A stretch of DNA of 49,359 nt from a virus (taxonomy: Duplodnaviria; Heunggongvirae; Uroviricota; Caudoviricetes), in the IMG/VR virus record IMGVR_UViG_2875722834_000005, positions 1-49,359 of that record; one strand, given 5' to 3'. Below the pieces are notes generated by a model. That model saw nothing but the letters and a program-made list of their open reading frames with translations. It did not search any database and had not been told where the DNA came from. Each line of letters opens with the position of its first letter. Position 1 is the first letter of the stretch. Shown one piece after another: positions 38,572 through 47,384 of this stretch. The position numbers and the translations under genes were made by a program.

Positions 38572-39051
38572 ATGGATAAAATTAATTACCCACCCCTGTT
38601 TGAGCCACGGTTCCATGACATGGATGAAGCTGGATTAAAATCGTATTGTGTCGATTGCTTTCCTTCATCATCCAGGCGAGGCATGCTATACTGTAATTTT
38701 ATACAGCTACTCGAATCTATTCGAGAATTATCTGCTCAATATGGCTGTTTTACAGAAATATGGGTTGATGGTTCATACACCACGTCTAAACCAGAGCCTG
38801 ATGATATTGATATTTTGTTGGTATGTGACTATAGCAAGATAAACTCAATACCTGTCATGCTTCGGGGCCGCGTCGATAATTTGCTTGACCGAAACTACAT
38901 CAAACAAAACTACAAAATTGATGTCCTACTACTCATGAAGAATTTAGATGACCCTAACTATGATTATGAGTACTGGCGTAGCTACTGGCGCGGTTGGTTT
39001 GGTTTTGATCGCAGTGAAAACCCGAAAGGGTTAGTGAGGATTTTTTTATGA
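38572..39051 (+). CDS. Minimal nucleotidyltransferase-fold protein (159 aa), first gene of operon in rexAB-equivalent position
   Basis: GS-x8-DDIDILLV with downstream KIDV fits the Pol-beta NTase hG[GS]..DxD..D signature; AT-rich; downstream of cI. Confidence 0.55.
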   Translation: MDKINYPPLFEPRFHDMDEAGLKSYCVDCFPSSSRRGMLYCNFIQLLESIRELSAQYGCFTEIWVDGSYTTSKPEPDDIDILLVCDYSKINSIPVMLRGRVDNLLDRNYIKQNYKIDVLLLMKNLDDPNYDYEYWRSYWRGWFGFDRSENPKGLVRIFL

Positions 39052-39980
39052 ATGATAAATCAATGTTTAAAAATTGCGATAAACGCATTGATTTCATTCA
39101 AAAAGAAGTCGATGCAATGAAGCAAAACAAAACCAGGTCCTTTGCTGACATGCTTCTTTATCGCTCCATGGATTCTCATCTGAGCGATTTGAAGGCCGAA
39201 AAATTAAAGCAAGATAGTCGGCACCCACTTATCGATTTTTTTGAGCTGCGGCTGAAAGGCTCTGAGGTTGACTTTGGCTCTATTCCTTTAGAGCTGCTTG
39301 GGGCTATTTCAACAAATCTTGCAGCGCTAATACAAAGAGCAACACACAAAATTGCCTCAGGCAAGGACTCAAAAAAAGTTCCCTACGACGTGAAAAGCTC
39401 CTTAAACCTCAGGCTGGCTGATTTATCCCCTGGGTCTACAAAATTGGGCGTCACCTTCTCTACAGGAATAGCAGAATTAGTAGAAACAGTACCCAGCAAG
39501 GCTGTAAAAGGCATATTCGATTTGTTGTTAAGCGATGACGACAACAACTTCATGAATCACGTCGCTGAAATTGGATACAATTCCACTGTAAGCCTTAAGA
39601 GAATCGTAGAGGAATGTGATAAACACAACTTAACATTTGATGCAAGTTGGACCGGTCCATTTAGTAATGGCACCAAGGTGGCAACTATTGACTCCAATAA
39701 AATTAAGTACTTGGTGAGTAGACTTACATCAACCATTTCATCCCCTCCCATTACTGAAACGGTTACAGGCGAACTGGTCGTTCTATCCAAATATGGGAAG
39801 CTGGAGCTTGATGTTGGTGGTGAACATTTAAAGGCTTCCTATCCGATTGAAATGCTAGATTTAATACAAAAAAAACACAAGGTCGGACAGATTGTTTCTC
39901 TTTTAGTGGAGACTACTGAGATTCACAATGATCGCATAGGTCTGTACCGTAAAAACCATCTTGTTAAATCGGTTCTTTAA
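39048..39980 (+). CDS. Hypothetical 310-aa partner protein, translationally coupled to the NTase-fold gene
   Basis: Start ATG overlaps upstream TGA (ATGA); no recognisable motifs; followed by a strong terminator. Confidence 0.55.
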   Translation: MNDKSMFKNCDKRIDFIQKEVDAMKQNKTRSFADMLLYRSMDSHLSDLKAEKLKQDSRHPLIDFFELRLKGSEVDFGSIPLELLGAISTNLAALIQRATHKIASGKDSKKVPYDVKSSLNLRLADLSPGSTKLGVTFSTGIAELVETVPSKAVKGIFDLLLSDDDNNFMNHVAEIGYNSTVSLKRIVEECDKHNLTFDASWTGPFSNGTKVATIDSNKIKYLVSRLTSTISSPPITETVTGELVVLSKYGKLELDVGGEHLKASYPIEMLDLIQKKHKVGQIVSLLVETTEIHNDRIGLYRKNHLVKSVL

Positions 39981-39987
39981 TATCTCA

Positions 39988-40014
39988 CCCGGCCACCGCG
40001 CCGGGTTTTTATTT
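39988..40014 (+). terminator. Rho-independent terminator after the two-gene operon
   Basis: CCCGGC-CACCGC-GCCGGG followed by TTTTTATTT. Confidence 0.65.
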
Positions 40015-40212
40015 ACCCTTCCGCACCATCTCAGCCGCATGCCTGTTAGCTCCCTTCCCTATCACGTTTCCTGTTTCCTTCCGGTACTGCTCCAGCTTGT
40101 CGATGATGTTTTGCTGGGTCATAGGTAAATCTGCCAGTGACAACTCCATGACCGCCCGCCCCATCGCCTGAATTTTCATGCTTATACGCTCTTCATCCAG
40201 AACCATGCACAT
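40009..40212 (-). CDS. Hypothetical small protein (67 aa) antisense to the PL direction (weak call)
   Basis: ORF only; between the operon terminator and OL. Confidence 0.25.
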   Translation of the reverse strand: MCMVLDEERISMKIQAMGRAVMELSLADLPMTQQNIIDKLEQYRKETGNVIGKGANRHAAEMVRKGK

Positions 40213-40274
40213 CCCTCCTGCTGTTTTTTTAAGCGTAGCACTGGTATTTACAAAAATAAAATCACATCAAATTC

Positions 40275-40343
40275 ATACTCTTAGTATTAATCAAAGATTT
40301 ATTAATACTGGCGGTATTGCTATATATTAATACCGCTAGTATT
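40275..40343. promoter_or_regulatory. OL operators (three ATAC-N5-GTAT type sites) / PL region
   Basis: ATACTCTTAGTAT (40275-40287), AATACTGGCGGTATT (40304-40318), AATACCGCTAGTATT (40329-40343); same consensus as the OR sites. Confidence 0.55.
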
Positions 40344-40475
40344 GTTACCCCATCGAAACGAAACATCGACAGCTGAGCGAAGTTAGCCAGCGGAGAAGTT
40401 GAGATTCGGTCAGTCGAACGGCGCGACAGTAAACCATGCGTCGGACCATAGGCGGGCTCAGGAAGAGCGGCAATT

Positions 40476-40760
40476 ATGGCTAAACGATTTACCAGCAGCT
40501 CTTTGCGAGGGGCTGACGGTAAACAAACAGAGGGGTGGAAATCATGCTTGGGTGTGAAAAGTGCGACCACGGATTCGTGTTCACCAGATGCTGTTCTGGT
40601 CTTGCTGAAATGTGTGGATGCGGCGGAATGCCGGTTCAGGCCACTAATTGCAAGAACTGCAATCCAGAGAATAAAGAGCCGGATGACGCGGAGACAGAAT
40701 CGCTTCTCCAGTATGTCGAATGGGTCGATTGATCAGCATTTCTCCCGCATCAGCGGGTAA
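40476..40760 (+). CDS. Hypothetical first gene of the PL operon (N-antiterminator position; identity unconfirmed)
   Basis: ORF only; an overlapping alternative Cys-rich frame (40535-40732) cannot be excluded. Confidence 0.25.
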   Translation: MAKRFTSSSLRGADGKQTEGWKSCLGVKSATTDSCSPDAVLVLLKCVDAAECRFRPLIARTAIQRIKSRMTRRQNRFSSMSNGSIDQHFSRISG

Positions 40761-40777
40761 CTACAGAGGGTAAGGGT

Positions 40778-41107
40778 ATGAAAATTGGGGTGCATGATGG
40801 CATTCACTTCGATCCTGATGACGAGTTCAAAACAGAGATAAACCCCAAGGCTTTAGCGGCTCTGATAAAGCAATACAAGCACTGCTGTCGAATGACTAAG
40901 CATTGCAGCTCAGTGGCAGCATACCGCCTCTGCCCTCACGAATTGGCAAGAGCAAAGCAATACCAGACTCGTCGCGATCACCTTGAAATATTCCTTCGGC
41001 TACTCCACACCGAAAGCAAGGAATATGACATTGAGGAAATTGACGATCACTTCGGTGGTGAAGTTGACGACTGGTCGCTAATCCTAAAAGACAAGGTCCC
41101 AGACTAA
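40778..41107 (+). CDS. Hypothetical protein (109 aa)
   Basis: ORF with RBS, followed by a terminator. Confidence 0.5.
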   Translation: MKIGVHDGIHFDPDDEFKTEINPKALAALIKQYKHCCRMTKHCSSVAAYRLCPHELARAKQYQTRRDHLEIFLRLLHTESKEYDIEEIDDHFGGEVDDWSLILKDKVPD

Positions 41108-41129
41108 CCCGCTCCGGCGGGTTTTTTTA
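41106..41129 (+). terminator. Rho-independent terminator (tL1-like position)
   Basis: CCCGC-TCCG-GCGGG followed by TTTTTTT. Confidence 0.6.
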
Positions 41130-41272
41130 TCGGCCATACCTCAGCTCATTCCAACGAGTGAGCGTGAGTTATGTCAACCGGCGGACATCCATCGCCCATT
41201 GAAACACTGAATAAATGCGTTGAAGTCTTGTATTAACCGTTCCGTTCGCCGCGATAAGGCCAAGAGGAAATC

Positions 41273-41401
41273 ATGGTAAACCAGCAGCAGATCAGAGAGG
41301 CGCAGCGGCTCGCGTCGTTCGCGGTACTCCATCGCAATGCTCCGGCGTGGGAAGAAGCAAAGCGACTTTACGCCGGAGCCATCGGGAGGACTCTTCACTG
41401 A
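41273..41401 (+). CDS. Hypothetical small protein (42 aa)
   Basis: AGAGGAAA RBS; stop overlaps next start. Confidence 0.3.
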   Translation: MVNQQQIREAQRLASFAVLHRNAPAWEEAKRLYAGAIGRTLH

Positions 41402-41598
41402 TGGAAACTTTATTCGCACTCGTCCTGACCGTGGCAATGACCAACGGTGATTATCAGGACGTCATTCTCGGCGCATACGACAGCCAACAGGAATGCAGCC
41501 AGGCAGCTACGGAGCAGAAAGTGTCAGCTGAGTGCTGGCCGGTAGAAAGCATCCTCCGCAACGGCGAGTTCCCGGCGAAATCCATCGCGCAGCAGTAA
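41401..41598 (+). CDS. Hypothetical small protein with N-terminal hydrophobic segment (65 aa)
   Basis: ORF starting METLFALVLTVAM; coupled to the upstream small ORF. Confidence 0.4.
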   Translation: METLFALVLTVAMTNGDYQDVILGAYDSQQECSQAATEQKVSAECWPVESILRNGEFPAKSIAQQ

Positions 41599-41667
41599 CC
41601 ACCCTATTCAAACGATCGGCCTGGCTTCTGCGGGCGGGATCTGCACATCCAAATTTCAGGAGAAACC

Positions 41668-42639
41668 ATGAGCGAAGTAACGGACTTAACTGTTATCGAA
41701 ATCAAGCCGGAGCAGGCGCCAGTGCTTTACGTAGCTGGCGGCCTTGACGCTTATCTCGAGCAAATTCGTCAGGCAGTAAACGAAGTGCCGGACCTGTCCA
41801 CGAAGAAAGGCCGTGACCGTGTCGCCTCTCTGGCGGCGCAGGTGTCCCGCAGTAAGACGGCAATCGAAAAGCCTGGCCGTGAGTACCTGAAGCGACTGAA
41901 AGAGGCTGTGCGTCCGGCTGAGGCTGAAATTAAGCGATTCGTTGATGCCTGCGACGAGTTGCGCGATGCGACCCGCCGCCCATTAACCGAATGGGAAGCC
42001 GAGCAGGAACGCATTAAGGCTGAAGAAGCCATGAACGCGCTGCACGCCGAAGCGCTGGAAATGAACATCAAGTTCGATCAGGAGCTGGCGGCCAAGTTCG
42101 AAGCGGACCACGAAATGGCTCTGTTGATGAACAAGGATTACGACCGCGACCGCGAAGAGCAGCGCCTTCTGGCGGAACAGGCTCAACGGGAACGTGACGA
42201 GCGGCTGAAGCGGGAAGCGGCAGAACAAGCCCGCCGCGATGCCGAAGCGAAACACAAAGCTGAGATTGAGGCCGCAGCGCGCCGTGAAGCTGAAGAGAAA
42301 GCGCGTGCAGAAGCTGCGGAACGCCAACGCATTGAAACGGAGCAGCGTGCGGCGCGTGAGAAGCAGGAAGCGGAAGCCCGGGCGGAACGCGAAAAAGCCG
42401 CGGCGGTTGAAGCCGAGCGCCTGAAGGCAAAACAGGCCGAAGATGCTCGCCTGGCCGAAGAGAAGCGCCTCGCCGATGAACAGGCAAAGCGCGAAGCTGA
42501 CGTGAAGCACCGCAAGACGGTCGGCACCAACATCGTTAACGCGCTCACCAGCCACACCAGCTTAACCCGCGAGCAGGCTATCGAAGTGCTCACCGCCCTG
42601 AAAGATGATCTGATCCCCTGCGCGAAAATTCATTACTGA
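41668..42639 (+). CDS. Hypothetical coiled-coil protein with Ala/Glu/Lys/Arg-rich repeats (323 aa)
   Basis: Long ORF just upstream of gam; strongly charged low-complexity central region. Confidence 0.55.
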   Translation: MSEVTDLTVIEIKPEQAPVLYVAGGLDAYLEQIRQAVNEVPDLSTKKGRDRVASLAAQVSRSKTAIEKPGREYLKRLKEAVRPAEAEIKRFVDACDELRDATRRPLTEWEAEQERIKAEEAMNALHAEALEMNIKFDQELAAKFEADHEMALLMNKDYDRDREEQRLLAEQAQRERDERLKREAAEQARRDAEAKHKAEIEAAARREAEEKARAEAAERQRIETEQRAAREKQEAEARAEREKAAAVEAERLKAKQAEDARLAEEKRLADEQAKREADVKHRKTVGTNIVNALTSHTSLTREQAIEVLTALKDDLIPCAKIHY

Positions 42640-42646
42640 GGCAACC

Positions 42647-42931
42647 ATGAACGCATTCCTCACTTACGACCGTATCGAAGACCGGCGCTGGGTCGAGCAG
42701 CAGCTCGACGACGAGAAAGAGAAGTGGATCGACGACCGGGCGCAGCAAATCATCGACATGATGCCAAAAGAGCCGTCCGGCCTCTTCCACTTCACGATCC
42801 CGATTGACTCCAGCCCATACGAAGGACTTCGCAGCGATAAAGCTGGCGAGGCCTACAACGATTTCATTTCGGCAGTTGCTTACGCCCAGGCGGAATACGA
42901 CTGGGATCACCGAACCGGCTGCCCGTTTTAA
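42647..42931 (+). CDS. gam: Gam-like host nuclease (RecBCD) inhibitor
   Basis: N-terminus MNAFLTYDRIEDRRW parallels lambda GamS MNAYYIQDRLEAQSW; directly upstream of bet. Confidence 0.6.
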   Translation: MNAFLTYDRIEDRRWVEQQLDDEKEKWIDDRAQQIIDMMPKEPSGLFHFTIPIDSSPYEGLRSDKAGEAYNDFISAVAYAQAEYDWDHRTGCPF

Positions 42932-42949
42932 TTTTTGAGGGGATTAACG

Positions 42950-43795
42950 ATGGCAAACGAATTAACAATCACAGCGACGTCGCTTCAGGAGATAGGCGTC
43001 GACGTCTCTACCTGGAGCGCACTGAAGAACAGCATCTACCCTGGCGCCAAAGACGAATCGGTAATGATGGCGCTTGACTACTGCCGAGCCCGCCAGCTGG
43101 ATCCGTTGCTCAAACCTGTCCACCTCGTTCCGATGTACGTCAAAGACTCGAAAACAGGTAAAGGCGACTGGCGCGACGTGGTCATGCCGGGAATCGGGCT
43201 TTACCGCATTCAGGCAGACCGCTCCGGCGATTATGCCGGGGCTCGGGAGCCGGAGTTCGGTCCAGACGTAACTCAGACGCTTACTGGCGTCGAGGTGACC
43301 TTCCCTCAGTGGTGCAAATACACCGTCTACAAGCGCATGCCCAGCGGGGAGATCGTCGAGTTCAGCGCCAAAGAATATTGGATTGAAAACTACGCCACCG
43401 GCGGCCGCGAAACAACGGCGCCGAATGCGATGTGGAAAAAGCGCCCATACGGACAGCTGGCGAAATGCGCGGAAGCTCAGGCGTTGCGTAAGGCATGGCC
43501 TGAGATTGGACAGCAGCCTACCGCCGAAGAAATGGAAGGCAAATCACTGGACGTTGATATCCGTGACGTCACGCCGCGCAGCACCACAGAAGCACTTCCA
43601 CCAGCAGCAAGCGAAGAAACGCTTCAGGCGATCACCGATCTCTTAACATCGCTGAATAAAGACTGGGAGGAAGACTTCCTCCCAGTGTGCAGCGACATCT
43701 TCAAACGGCCAATTCTTGAGGCGTCCGACCTCACTGAAGAAGAGGCACAGAAAGGGTTCAACTTCCTTCAGAAAAAAGCTAAGGCGGCAGCATGA
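42950..43795 (+). CDS. bet: Single-strand annealing recombinase (Red-beta / Bet family)
   Basis: C-terminal DFLPVCSDIFKRPI..LTEEEAQKGFNFLQKKA matches lambda Bet DLLPLCSQIFRRDI..LTQAEAVKALGFLKQKA; start set at MANELT. Confidence 0.8.
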   Translation: MANELTITATSLQEIGVDVSTWSALKNSIYPGAKDESVMMALDYCRARQLDPLLKPVHLVPMYVKDSKTGKGDWRDVVMPGIGLYRIQADRSGDYAGAREPEFGPDVTQTLTGVEVTFPQWCKYTVYKRMPSGEIVEFSAKEYWIENYATGGRETTAPNAMWKKRPYGQLAKCAEAQALRKAWPEIGQQPTAEEMEGKSLDVDIRDVTPRSTTEALPPAASEETLQAITDLLTSLNKDWEEDFLPVCSDIFKRPILEASDLTEEEAQKGFNFLQKKAKAAA

Positions 43796-43845
43796 CACCC
43801 TCCCTGCTTTCACTGTTGTGAAGCGGGAAGCACAGCATTCGCGAC

Positions 43846-43998
43846 ATGGCAAAGATTTTAGGCATTTCAAGGTCTCGCGTTTCATGGTTCATCGCCGAGC
43901 TTGAGCGGCGTAAATGGATAGAAGTCACCAGGTGCGCAATATGGTTTCACGATGGCACCCGTTCAAATAAGCAGAACGTATACAGGGTAAAACTATGA
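43846..43998 (+). CDS. Hypothetical small HTH-like protein (50 aa) between bet and exo
   Basis: ORF whose stop overlaps the exo start; [15 protein letters not shown] is HTH-like. Confidence 0.3.
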   Translation: MAKILGISRSRVSWFIAELERRKWIEVTRCAIWFHDGTRSNKQNVYRVKL

Positions 43999-44675
43999 CA
44001 CCGAAAATTATCCTAGCTCGGACCGGCATTGACGTAACCACTATCCAACAGGGCGATGAGGCGTGGCACCGGCTGCGCCTCGGTGTCATTACTGCCTCAG
44101 AAGTACACAACGTCATATCCAAGCCAAGATCGGGGAAGAAGTGGACAGATATGAAAATGTCCTACTTCCACACGCTGCTCGCCGAGGTATGCACAGGCGT
44201 AGCGCCAGAGGTTAACGCTAAGGCGCTGGCCTGGGGTAAGCAGTACGAGGAAGACGCTCGTACCCTCTTCGAGTTCACCACCGACGTGAAAGTCACGGAG
44301 TCGCCGATCCTGTTCCGTGACGAGAGCATGCGCACCGCGTGCTCCCCTGACGGCCTGTGCAGTAACGGGTTCGGCCTTGAGCTTAAATGCCCTTTCACCT
44401 CTCGCGACTTCATGAAGTTCCGCCTTGGCGGTTTCGAAGCCATCAAGTCTGCGTACATGGCCCAGGTGCAGTACAGCATGTGGGTTACCGGAAAAGACGC
44501 CTGGTTCTTTGCCAACTACGACCCGCGCATGAAGCGCGAAGGTATTCACCACGTCGTCGTTGAGCGGGATCCACAGTACATGACCGATTTCAACGAAATG
44601 GTGCCGGAGTTCATCGAGAAGATGGACGAGGCGCTGGCGGAGATCGGCTTCACGTTCGGGGAGCAGTGGAAATGA
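43995..44675 (+). CDS. exo: Lambda-type exonuclease (Red-alpha, Exo)
   Basis: Roughly 85-90 percent identical by eye to lambda Exo along the full length. Confidence 0.95.
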   Translation: MTPKIILARTGIDVTTIQQGDEAWHRLRLGVITASEVHNVISKPRSGKKWTDMKMSYFHTLLAEVCTGVAPEVNAKALAWGKQYEEDARTLFEFTTDVKVTESPILFRDESMRTACSPDGLCSNGFGLELKCPFTSRDFMKFRLGGFEAIKSAYMAQVQYSMWVTGKDAWFFANYDPRMKREGIHHVVVERDPQYMTDFNEMVPEFIEKMDEALAEIGFTFGEQWK

Positions 44676-45100
44676 AACGCACACCCTTCTACCGCAGGCC
44701 CGGGCGCACCGGGCAATTCTCCGGTCTCCGTGAACGCGTTATCTGGATGATTCAGACGCGCGGACGCCCTGTAACCGGTTCTGAGATAGCCGCCTCTTTT
44801 GGCGTAACGCTCATCGAGTTTAACCGCTCCGCAAAGAACCTTACACGTGGAACCGGCAAAGTTGCCCGTCTTGAGGCTTCTCCTACCTGGGTTACTGAAC
44901 CAGGAATTGTCGATCGGCAATTCAACTTAGTAACCCCGGCCAAAGTAGTTGTCCCACAAGGAAAGACACGTCTTTGCACTCGCGGCGCCGTTCTCCATGC
45001 ATCTAAAAAGGTTCATCAGGAATGCCTGGATAAAGCTGCACGCCACAGCAGGTTGATAAAGGCCAATCTATACATTGACGAATTCGAGGCGGTGCTATGA
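44672..45100 (+). CDS. Hypothetical protein (142 aa)
   Basis: ORF, start overlaps exo stop. Confidence 0.45.
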   Translation: MKRTPFYRRPGRTGQFSGLRERVIWMIQTRGRPVTGSEIAASFGVTLIEFNRSAKNLTRGTGKVARLEASPTWVTEPGIVDRQFNLVTPAKVVVPQGKTRLCTRGAVLHASKKVHQECLDKAARHSRLIKANLYIDEFEAVL

Positions 45101-45264
45101 CCAACTTGAAAACAGAAGAGCTCGCCCTGCTCTGGCGCCACACCAACGAGCAGGTATCAGAGCTAACCGGGCGCAGCGTCGAGGAAGTTGGCGATATGCG
45201 TTTGAAAGCGAATATCGAGCGCAATGGCTGGGACGTTAACGACCCTGAGCGGGAGGAAGCTTGA
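45097..45264 (+). CDS. Hypothetical small protein (55 aa)
   Basis: ORF, overlapping stop/start with neighbours. Confidence 0.3.
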   Translation: MTNLKTEELALLWRHTNEQVSELTGRSVEEVGDMRLKANIERNGWDVNDPEREEA

Positions 45265-46013
45265 TACATTTCCATGGTGGACCCATCACACCGGACACTT
45301 GCGCCCTGAAAGCATGGAAAGGCAGGCACGCCTTTATCTCCTTCGCTAATCCAGGCCAATTAGCCCTTGCCAGCGAAGTCACCCAGTCTTTCGCGCTGGA
45401 TAACGGTGCATTCAGCTTCTGGACGAAAAAGCGCGTTGTTAACTGGAATGACTACTACGCGTTTGTAGGTCGCTGGATGAATCACCCACGATTTGCTTTT
45501 GCTGTCATTCCCGACGTGATTGGCGGGACCAGTGAAGAGAACGACGCGTTAATCGCCGAGTGGCCGCACGGCAAAGTAGTCGGCGCGCCGGTGTGGCACA
45601 TGAACGAGCCCGATGAACGTTTCTTCCGCCTGTGTCGAGAATTTCCGCGTGTATGTATCGGCAGCATGGGTGAATACGACGCGAAGCGCCCGCGCTCATG
45701 TCGGGCAAAGTTACGCGATCTCATCCGTCATGTTGTCGACATAAACGGTTATCCGATAACAAAGCTTCACGGCCTGCGCATGCTGAACGCCGATATCTTC
45801 CGCCACATCCCGCTGTCGTCAGCCGACAGTACAAATGTGGCCCGCAACATCGGAATCGACAAGGCGTGGGATAAATCAGCCTACGCGCCGGCAAGCAAAG
45901 AAACACGCGCTGCGGTGCTGGTCGAACGCATTGAATCCTTCAACTCTGCAAGTTCGCTGAATTACGACGCAGAACGTGATCGGTTCACACCACAACTGGC
46001 ATTCGAGGTTTGA
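45261..46013 (+). CDS. Hypothetical protein (250 aa), apparent TTG start
   Basis: Long ORF with GGGAGG RBS 5 nt before TTG; immediately upstream of the Dam-like gene. Confidence 0.45.
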   Translation: MIHFHGGPITPDTCALKAWKGRHAFISFANPGQLALASEVTQSFALDNGAFSFWTKKRVVNWNDYYAFVGRWMNHPRFAFAVIPDVIGGTSEENDALIAEWPHGKVVGAPVWHMNEPDERFFRLCREFPRVCIGSMGEYDAKRPRSCRAKLRDLIRHVVDINGYPITKLHGLRMLNADIFRHIPLSSADSTNVARNIGIDKAWDKSAYAPASKETRAAVLVERIESFNSASSLNYDAERDRFTPQLAFEV

Positions 46014-46014
46014 T

Positions 46015-46566
46015 ATGACCGATTACACCGGCAGCAACACGCCAGCGGATCAGCGCGACCTCTGGCGCACTCCGCCATCCCTCTTCGCTTCACTTGATGC
46101 TGAGTTCTTCTTCCAACTGGATGCCGCCGCAGCGCCGCATAATGCACTTTGCAGGAAGTTCATCACCGCCGAGCAGAACACGCTGGAAACGCCGTTGGTT
46201 GATTACCTGAGTGTGCCGGGTTACGTCTGGCTGAATCCACCCTATAGCGACATCACTCCATTCGTTAAAAAGTCCGCAACCGAAAGCGCCAATCAGATCG
46301 GCACAGTAATGCTGGTACCGGCAGACACATCGGTAGGCTGGTTCAAGGAGGCAATCCAGACCGCCAGCGAGGTTCGCTTCATCACCGCCGGGCGGCTGGC
46401 ATTTATCAACCCGGTCACCGGTAAGCCAGTCAGCGGGAACAACAAAGGGTCGATGCTCATCATCTGGAGGCCGTACCTGCGTACACACTGCCTGTTCACA
46501 ACGGTTGAGCGTGACCACTTAATGGCCTTCGGCAACAAACTACTGGCTCGACGGGAGGCCGCATGA
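46015..46566 (+). CDS. Phage-type DNA N6-adenine methyltransferase (Dam family)
   Basis: NPPY catalytic motif (VWLNPPYSD); size and layout typical of the phage Dam family. Confidence 0.75.
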   Translation: MTDYTGSNTPADQRDLWRTPPSLFASLDAEFFFQLDAAAAPHNALCRKFITAEQNTLETPLVDYLSVPGYVWLNPPYSDITPFVKKSATESANQIGTVMLVPADTSVGWFKEAIQTASEVRFITAGRLAFINPVTGKPVSGNNKGSMLIIWRPYLRTHCLFTTVERDHLMAFGNKLLARREAA

Positions 46567-46787
46567 TGCCAAAAACTCAGGAACAGCGTAACGCCCTTAT
46601 CTCTACCGCCCGGCGCTGTAACGAAGAACTCAAAGCCGCAATGAACCAGAAGCCAAAGCCGAAATTCGACGCGGTAAGTCGCCCACTGCTCAAGAAGCAT
46701 TTCGAGAAGCTCAAAGCTCTTGGCATTCCATTCACTCTCTTCACATGGACTATCGGTGTGATGAACAAGCAATTCAGGGAGTACTGA
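46563..46787 (+). CDS. Hypothetical protein (74 aa)
   Basis: ORF in operon context. Confidence 0.4.
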   Translation: MMPKTQEQRNALISTARRCNEELKAAMNQKPKPKFDAVSRPLLKKHFEKLKALGIPFTLFTWTIGVMNKQFREY

Positions 46788-46788
46788 T

Positions 46789-47007
46789 ATGGCGGACATT
46801 ATTGATTCAGCAGCAGAAATTGAAGAGTTACAACGTAACTTCGCACTCAGTAAGCATCGCCGTACCGGTAATCTCGTGTCTGCTGGGTTCTGCGAAGCGT
46901 GCGGAGAAGACATCCCTGAGCTGCGTCGCGCTGCCGTTCCTGGCTGCCAGACATGCGCCAGTTGCCAGGAAGAAATCGAACTGAGGAATAAGCAGAGGGG
47001 GTGGTGA
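46789..47007 (+). CDS. TraR/DksA-family C4 zinc-finger protein
   Basis: CEACGEDIPELRRAAVPGCQTCASCQ fits the TraR/DksA C4 zinc-finger pattern. Confidence 0.7.
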   Translation: MADIIDSAAEIEELQRNFALSKHRRTGNLVSAGFCEACGEDIPELRRAAVPGCQTCASCQEEIELRNKQRGW

Positions 47008-47384
47008 TGTGTGATATGCCAGTAGTCTTTGGACAGGAACAGCGAAAGGCCCGCAAAGAGCATAAGTGCTGCGAGTGTGGAGTCATAGTTAAGCCAGGCG
47101 AATTTTACGCATATTCTCACGGTGTCTGGGATGGAAGCGGGCAAAGCTTCAAGCAATGTCTCGACTGTGCAGAGGTATCGAGCGCCACAGCCGCATCTGT
47201 CGATGATCCGGAAGATGGCCCTGCATTTACCGGTTTGCGTGAGTGGTTCATGGGCTATTCATGTCGCGAATTTAACGGTGATGAACTGGTTCAAAGTTTC
47301 GCCACCGACCTGAATGTAGACGAAAACAAAATCCGCAAAGTTTTGCGAATGGGGCCAGCCAATGTTCAGGATAATCCAGCCTAA
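47007..47384 (+). CDS. Hypothetical Cys-rich protein (125 aa)
   Basis: ORF; start overlaps upstream stop. Confidence 0.4.
   Translation: MCDMPVVFGQEQRKARKEHKCCECGVIVKPGEFYAYSHGVWDGSGQSFKQCLDCAEVSSATAASVDDPEDGPAFTGLREWFMGYSCREFNGDELVQSFATDLNVDENKIRKVLRMGPANVQDNPA

Noticed and set aside
40535-40732. Alternative Cys-rich 65-aa frame overlapping the first ORF after PL
   Set aside because: Not chosen as primary call because the two frames overlap and neither can be favoured by eye; kept as an open alternative rather than firmly rejected
41769-42593. Long minus-strand ORFs (100-190 aa) overlapping the 323-aa coiled-coil gene
   Set aside because: Products are low-complexity Arg/Ala/Pro-rich strings generated by the repetitive GC-rich coding sequence on the other strand
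45003-45906. Minus-strand ORFs of 60-118 aa within the early-left operon
   Set aside because: Antisense to a compact, translationally coupled plus-strand gene series; no RBS or operon logic
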